Source: Syntrophales bacterium
GTDB lineage: Bacteria > Desulfobacterota > Syntrophia > Syntrophales > PHBD01
Length of the DNA stretch: 64,000 nucleotides
NCBI GenBank assembly: GCA_963668175.1
Contig: OY764159.1
Location: 3,456,001-3,520,000, forward strand
Direction: 5' to 3'
This document shows positions 59,413-64,000 of this stretch, one piece after another. Every line of letters starts with the position of its first letter. Position 1 is the first letter of the stretch. The notes below the pieces were generated by a model. That model ran no database searches. It was not told the origin of the DNA and saw nothing but the letters and a program-made list of their open reading frames with translations. Both the position numbers and the translations under genes were made by a program.

Positions 59413-61107
59413 TCATCTTTTCTTCTTCAGCATGACCAGACCGCGGCCGGCCGTGGGCAGATAGATATCCCCTTCCGGACCGACGGTCATGGGACAGGGC
59501 ATTTCAAGACCCGGATGGTGGCCGATGACATTCGAGCGAACGGGAAGACCGACGGCAATGACTTTCAGCGCCAGATTCCCGGTATGGATGCGTACGAGCT
59601 TGCCTCCCGCATCGTCCATGGCGAGAAGATTTCCCCGCCCGTCGTTCGCCAATGCGCCGAATTTACCCAATCCGACGACGACGATCTCAGTTTTTCCGGT
59701 TTTCATATCCACTTTGCTGATCCGGGCGGCCTTGCCCTCCGACACGTACATCGTATCGCCGATGATGGCCAGGGCCAGCGGCCCTTCCAGTCCTTCTGCC
59801 AGGATCTTCTTCCCGCCGTCGTCAAGGCCGATGGACAGGATCTTTCCGGAACCGTATTCGGCCACATAGACCGTAGATCGGTCCCCGGACATGACCATGG
59901 CCACGGGCCGGTTCAGGGATTCGACAGCGCCGACAATAGTCCGGAACCCTCCCCGCACAGGGTCCCCTATCGCCAGTGTCCCGGCAAAGGGTTCGAGCCA
60001 CAGGATCTGGTCGCCCGGTCCGTCGGACAGGATGCCGGGAACGGGCATATTGTCGGTCACGGCATAAGGATTGATCGCGGATTTGACATATTTTCCGCCC
60101 TCCGCGCTGCGAATCATGATGTTGTCCGCCACCCAGAGCTTTCCGTTCTTCAACAGGACCCCGGTGATCGTGTTGATGCCCTCGGGAAAGAGCGTCCTGA
60201 ACTTTCCGCTGCCGTCCGTCGCGACCTCGTACACGGTCGCATCCCACCAGTTGGTCACGTACAGCCGGCCGTCAGGGGCGAACGCCAGATTGTCCAATCC
60301 CGGCGGTAATTGGGCGATCTTCTCCTTTTTCTCTCCGTCAAGGCTCAGCCGGTACAGCGCACCGGAAATTTCCTGCGTGTATGCCTTCTTGTCCGGGCCG
60401 ACCTTGAGGGCGACCGGCCTCTGAAATCCGCCGGCGATTTTCGTGAGCGCCCCCGATTCCGGATTCACGCGGTATATTTTCCCTGTCCCCATGTCCGGAA
60501 CAATCAAATCATTCGTGTCCGGATCGAAGTCGAACCCTTCGGGAACAACGAGCCTGGCCTTTTCGAGGAGCCGGGGTTCCCTGATCCCGGCGGGATCGAG
60601 TTCGAAAACGCGGTTCCCCTGGAAACACTCGCTCATGAAAAGGCGACCCGTACGCTTATTGTACTGAATGCCGTTGGGTGCCCGGAGTCCCCGGGCGATG
60701 ACCGACTTCATGCCTTGTCTGTCGATGCGATAAACCTCCCCCACGACCGGACTCATGCCCGTGGCATAGAGATTTCCCTTATCGTCGGCGGTGACGTCGT
60801 CCAGATAAAAGGCGCCCGCATATGAAGGAACGAACGGCGCGATTTTCAACGTCTTGAGGTCTATGCGCGATACCGAGCTGTCTCCCGTATGAACGACATA
60901 GAGCGCACCGTCCGGCCCCGCAATGGCCCCGTTGCAACCCGTCATGACCGTATCGCCGGCGATCCTGACGATGCTGTAAGCGGAATCGACCGCCTTCGGC
61001 TTCGAGTCATCGCCGGCCGCTATCGCATACGTTCCGAAAAGCATGAGCATTCCGGCAAGCAGTACGTGCATCATTCGTTTCATCGACAATACGGCTCTCT
61101 TTCTCAT
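59413..61107 (-). CDS. Exported beta-propeller protein (SMP-30/gluconolactonase/NHL-like, tandem)
   Basis: Signal peptide; repeated GPDG, PNGI, PEGF and DNLAFAPDGRLY blades. Confidence 0.75.
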   Translation of the reverse strand: MRKRAVLSMKRMMHVLLAGMLMLFGTYAIAAGDDSKPKAVDSAYSIVRIAGDTVMTGCNGAIAGPDGALYVVHTGDSSVSRIDLKTLKIAPFVPSYAGAFYLDDVTADDKGNLYATGMSPVVGEVYRIDRQGMKSVIARGLRAPNGIQYNKRTGRLFMSECFQGNRVFELDPAGIREPRLLEKARLVVPEGFDFDPDTNDLIVPDMGTGKIYRVNPESGALTKIAGGFQRPVALKVGPDKKAYTQEISGALYRLSLDGEKKEKIAQLPPGLDNLAFAPDGRLYVTNWWDATVYEVATDGSGKFRTLFPEGINTITGVLLKNGKLWVADNIMIRSAEGGKYVKSAINPYAVTDNMPVPGILSDGPGDQILWLEPFAGTLAIGDPVRGGFRTIVGAVESLNRPVAMVMSGDRSTVYVAEYGSGKILSIGLDDGGKKILAEGLEGPLALAIIGDTMYVSEGKAARISKVDMKTGKTEIVVVGLGKFGALANDGRGNLLAMDDAGGKLVRIHTGNLALKVIAVGLPVRSNVIGHHPGLEMPCPMTVGPEGDIYLPTAGRGLVMLKKKR

Positions 61108-61129
61108 TTATCGTGAACCTCCGACTAGT

Positions 61130-62038
61130 CTAAACGAACAACGGTCCCGCCAGGACGTAGAGTTCGCCGGCGCTCGGATAGGGCTTGGCGGTGTCCAGGC
61201 TCGCGATCTTCTCGAATTGATCGCGGATCTCCTCCGCACGGATGTCCCGCTTGGTATCGCCGATGCACACGCCCGGCCCGGAAACAAGGGCGGTCCTTGC
61301 GAACCAGCCTGCGCCCATGGTGAAGATCATGCCCGTCTCCTTATTCTCTTCGGAAGACAGGTAGGTCACGATAGGCACATTGTATATGGGTTTCAATTTC
61401 CGGGCGATTTCGTCGGGAACGAGCCCTTTGGTCATCCGGGAGTCGGCGTTTGGCGCCACCGTATTGATCATGATATTGAACTTGCCCAACTCAAGCTTGA
61501 GGACGTTCATGAAACCGACAAGCGCCATCTTGGCCGCACCATAATTCGACTGTCCGAAGTTTCCGTACAGACCGGACGTCGAAGCCGTGAAGATAATCCT
61601 GCCGTAACCGTTCGCCTTCATGACCTCGGCCGCGGGCTGCGTCACGCAGAAAGCGCCTTTGAGATGAACGGCGACGACCTGGTCCCAGTCCGCTTCCGTC
61701 ATTTTGAGGAAGGTCCGGTCTCTCAGGATACCGGCATTGTTGATCAGGATGTCCACCTTGCCGAAGCGATCGACGGCGGTTTTAACAATATTCCTGCCGC
61801 CCTCCACGGTGGAAACCGAATCGTAATTGGCAACCGCTTCGCCGCCAAGGGCCTTGATCTCATCCACCACGACGTCCGCGGCCCTGCTGCTGGAACCGGT
61901 CCCGTCCAGCGAACCGCCCAGATCGTTGACCACAACCATAGCTCCGCGATTCCCCAGATCGAGTGCATATTCCCTGCCGATACCGCCGCCGGCCCCGGTG
62001 ACGATGGCTACCCTTCCCTTGAAACTCAAATCCGACAT
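61130..62038 (-). CDS. SDR of the MFE-2 / (3R)-hydroxyacyl-CoA dehydrogenase type
   Basis: TGAGGGIG, VVNDLGGSLDG, NNAGILRD, GNFGQSNYGAAK. Confidence 0.88.
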   Translation of the reverse strand: MSDLSFKGRVAIVTGAGGGIGREYALDLGNRGAMVVVNDLGGSLDGTGSSSRAADVVVDEIKALGGEAVANYDSVSTVEGGRNIVKTAVDRFGKVDILINNAGILRDRTFLKMTEADWDQVVAVHLKGAFCVTQPAAEVMKANGYGRIIFTASTSGLYGNFGQSNYGAAKMALVGFMNVLKLELGKFNIMINTVAPNADSRMTKGLVPDEIARKLKPIYNVPIVTYLSSEENKETGMIFTMGAGWFARTALVSGPGVCIGDTKRDIRAEEIRDQFEKIASLDTAKPYPSAGELYVLAGPLFV

Positions 62039-62092
62039 CTTCCGTTCTCCTTTATCGATAATTTCCATTTCTGTGAATTGCATCCGCAATCG

Positions 62093-62913
62093 TTAAGCCT
62101 TCGCTTCGGCAGCCCGTTTCGCCAGGCTCGTGAAGGCGAGCTCATACATCAATCCCTTGCCGATCGACTCGGCGGGCGCAAACCGCCGGATGAAATCGAT
62201 TTCCCTTTCCGTCGGGGGTTCGGTCTCGGTCAAATCGGGCGCGACATTCAGGTCCCACGGCACTTTCTTTTTGATCTCCCCGACCGTCACACCCGGATGC
62301 ACCCTGGCCAGATAAATCTCCTTCGTGACAGGATCGAACTCGAAGACGCCTTTCGTGCTGATCAGTTTCACCGGTCCGGAACCCTTCGGGAAATGGCCCG
62401 TCTTGTCCCGGCTGTCTCCACCTTCCAGATATCCCGGCGATGTCCTGTAAGACAGCGATTCGACAAATTCGCCGCCCCGCATCGTGAGGATCGTCTTCTT
62501 CGCATACGAGAGGAAATCGGCAGCGCCGCCCGATCCCGGCAACCTGGTTATGGGTTTGTCGTAATCGCCGATCACCGTCGTGTTCACGTTGCCGTAGCGG
62601 TCGACCTGGGCGACCCCCAGGAAGCACACATCCACAAAACCGCGGTACGTCATGGTGAACGTCGAAAAGAGGTCCGTCGCATAGGAAAAACCCCGGCAGG
62701 CCGTACAATCCGCTATGTTGTTCAGGGGCACGAGCGGTTTGAAATCGATAATGCCCGATTCCATCATGAGGACGGCATTCGGCGCGAACAGGCCTTGGCC
62801 AGGGCGCCGGACACCATCGGCAGGCCCACGCCCAGGACGACGTTCTCGAAGTCGTGTATCTCCCTGGCAACAGAGATAATCAGAAGTTCGTTGAGCGTAT
62901 ACGGTTTAGCCAT
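62093..62913 (-). pseudogene. Family I CoA-transferase beta subunit (GctB-like), frameshifted near 62790
   Basis: MAKPYTLNELL...GVGLPMVSGALAKA from 62913 is in a different frame from FAPNAVLMMESG...GVAQVDRYGNVN...GSGGAAD; one missing base restores a single ORF. Confidence 0.78.
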
Positions 62914-63943
62914 AAAGGATTCCTCTCTCTTTCATGAACTGCTCAAGTTCTTCGATCGTTACTCCCATCATCCGCTCGCGGTTCTCCTCGTTCCAGACCG
63001 ATACGAAGGCCGAACCGTAATTGGCGGGGGCCGAGTAGAACGGACGCGCTTTGAGGGAATTGAGCATGTCCATGCCCGCACACTCGATATAATGCTTCAT
63101 GTAATCGCCGTGATCGCGGCACCCGTAGATCCATTCGTCCATCCACGCCTTCATCCCGGCTTCCGTCTGCAGGGCCTGGTAGAAGACCACCAGGGCAAGC
63201 CAGTCGCTGTTGTAATAGCCGATGACGTCCGAAGGATGGGCACCCCACGGCATTTCCACCACGGCGTCGACCCGGTACGCGGGGATGATCGTCAGGTGCG
63301 GGCTCGATTGTATGACGTCGTGTTCCACGATCTCCTCACAGGAGACGATAATGCGCTTGCTCGCAAGCGCAGCCGCCTGTACGCTCCCCATGGCGCCCCA
63401 GTACTGGGCGTTGCCGAATCTGTCGGCGCGCTGCACATGCACGACGCAAACGTCGGGGTTCAGGGCCGGAACGAGTACCTTATCCTTCCCGGTGAAGGGA
63501 CAGGTAATGATTTTAAATTTGTCCTCACCCATGAACCCCCTCTTCCTGAAGATATCGGTATGCACGATGCCTTCGAATACGGGCATGAAGCTGAACCCGT
63601 GCATGCCGGCGACCAGCCTCGCATTGTAGTGGTAATTCGTGTAATCCTCCAACTGGAGCCGCCCCTGCTTCCAGGCGCGCGTAACGGCGGACCCGCCTTC
63701 GGTGCCGCCGGCATTGAGTACGAACGTTGTGATCAAACGGTCCGCACAGCCTCCATCCACCAGTATTTCGTCGATGAGATGGCCCGATTGCGAACAGTGC
63801 GTAAGCCCTCTTTTTTTCTGTCTGACGATTTCGAAAACAAGGCCGCACGCCATGCTCACCGTATAATTCCCTATAATCAGCACGTCGCCGTCATGAACGA
63901 ACGACGCGACGGCCTCTTTTGCCGTCATGATTTTGTTGTTCAC
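62906..63943 (-). CDS. Family I CoA-transferase alpha subunit (GctA-like)
   Basis: VPALNPDVCVVHVQRADRFGN, IIVSCEEIV, VVEMPWGAHP. Confidence 0.88.
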   Translation of the reverse strand: MNNKIMTAKEAVASFVHDGDVLIIGNYTVSMACGLVFEIVRQKKRGLTHCSQSGHLIDEILVDGGCADRLITTFVLNAGGTEGGSAVTRAWKQGRLQLEDYTNYHYNARLVAGMHGFSFMPVFEGIVHTDIFRKRGFMGEDKFKIITCPFTGKDKVLVPALNPDVCVVHVQRADRFGNAQYWGAMGSVQAAALASKRIIVSCEEIVEHDVIQSSPHLTIIPAYRVDAVVEMPWGAHPSDVIGYYNSDWLALVVFYQALQTEAGMKAWMDEWIYGCRDHGDYMKHYIECAGMDMLNSLKARPFYSAPANYGSAFVSVWNEENRERMMGVTIEELEQFMKERGILYG

Positions 63944-64000
63944 GTCAGTTGCGTTTCTCCTTCTCGCATTATTTTTGAAGATGTGCGTCCCCGCAGCATC

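Noticed and set aside
16443..63848. Many long antisense or alternate-frame ORFs (e.g. 16664-17932, 20054-21871, 32884-34386, 43107-44609, 47242-48453)
   Set aside because: They are shadows of well-supported genes caused by high GC3 codon bias and carry no motifs of their own.

Overview
The window has two parts. About 1-16.3 kb is an AT-richer accessory region: the right end of an integrated, plasmid-like element that stops at a tmRNA-3'-like att site (~15473-15500), followed by a small BrnT/BrnA module closed by a second degenerate tmRNA end. The element backbone has a truncated AbiEi antitoxin, a serine resolvase, 22-bp iterons with a Rep_3-type initiator and an AlpA-type excisionase. Its ~10.4-kb cargo lies between two clusters of an 18-bp palindrome (GTCATC-N6-GATGAC). 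The cargo holds a 1356-aa HigA-HTH fusion protein, a complete ubiquitin-like conjugation operon (Ubl-E2-JAB-E1, Bil-like) preceded by a sigma-like/XRE-HTH/IrrE-peptidase triad, and a SMYD-like SET-domain gene bracketed by degenerate tRNA-Leu and tRNA-Lys fragments. About 16.4-64 kb is GC-rich chromosome typical of an anaerobic acyl-CoA-degrading bacterium (Syntrophales-like; inference). It contains two AbfD-type 4-hydroxybutyryl-CoA dehydratase paralogues, a 2-oxoacid oxidoreductase whose delta subunit carries an inserted flavoprotein, LIV-type ABC and TRAP transporters, a 2-hydroxyacyl-CoA dehydratase with activator, beta-oxidation genes, two exported carboxylesterases, a porin, regulators and a family I CoA-transferase whose beta gene is frameshifted. 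All calls come from motif recognition by eye; no database searches were run.
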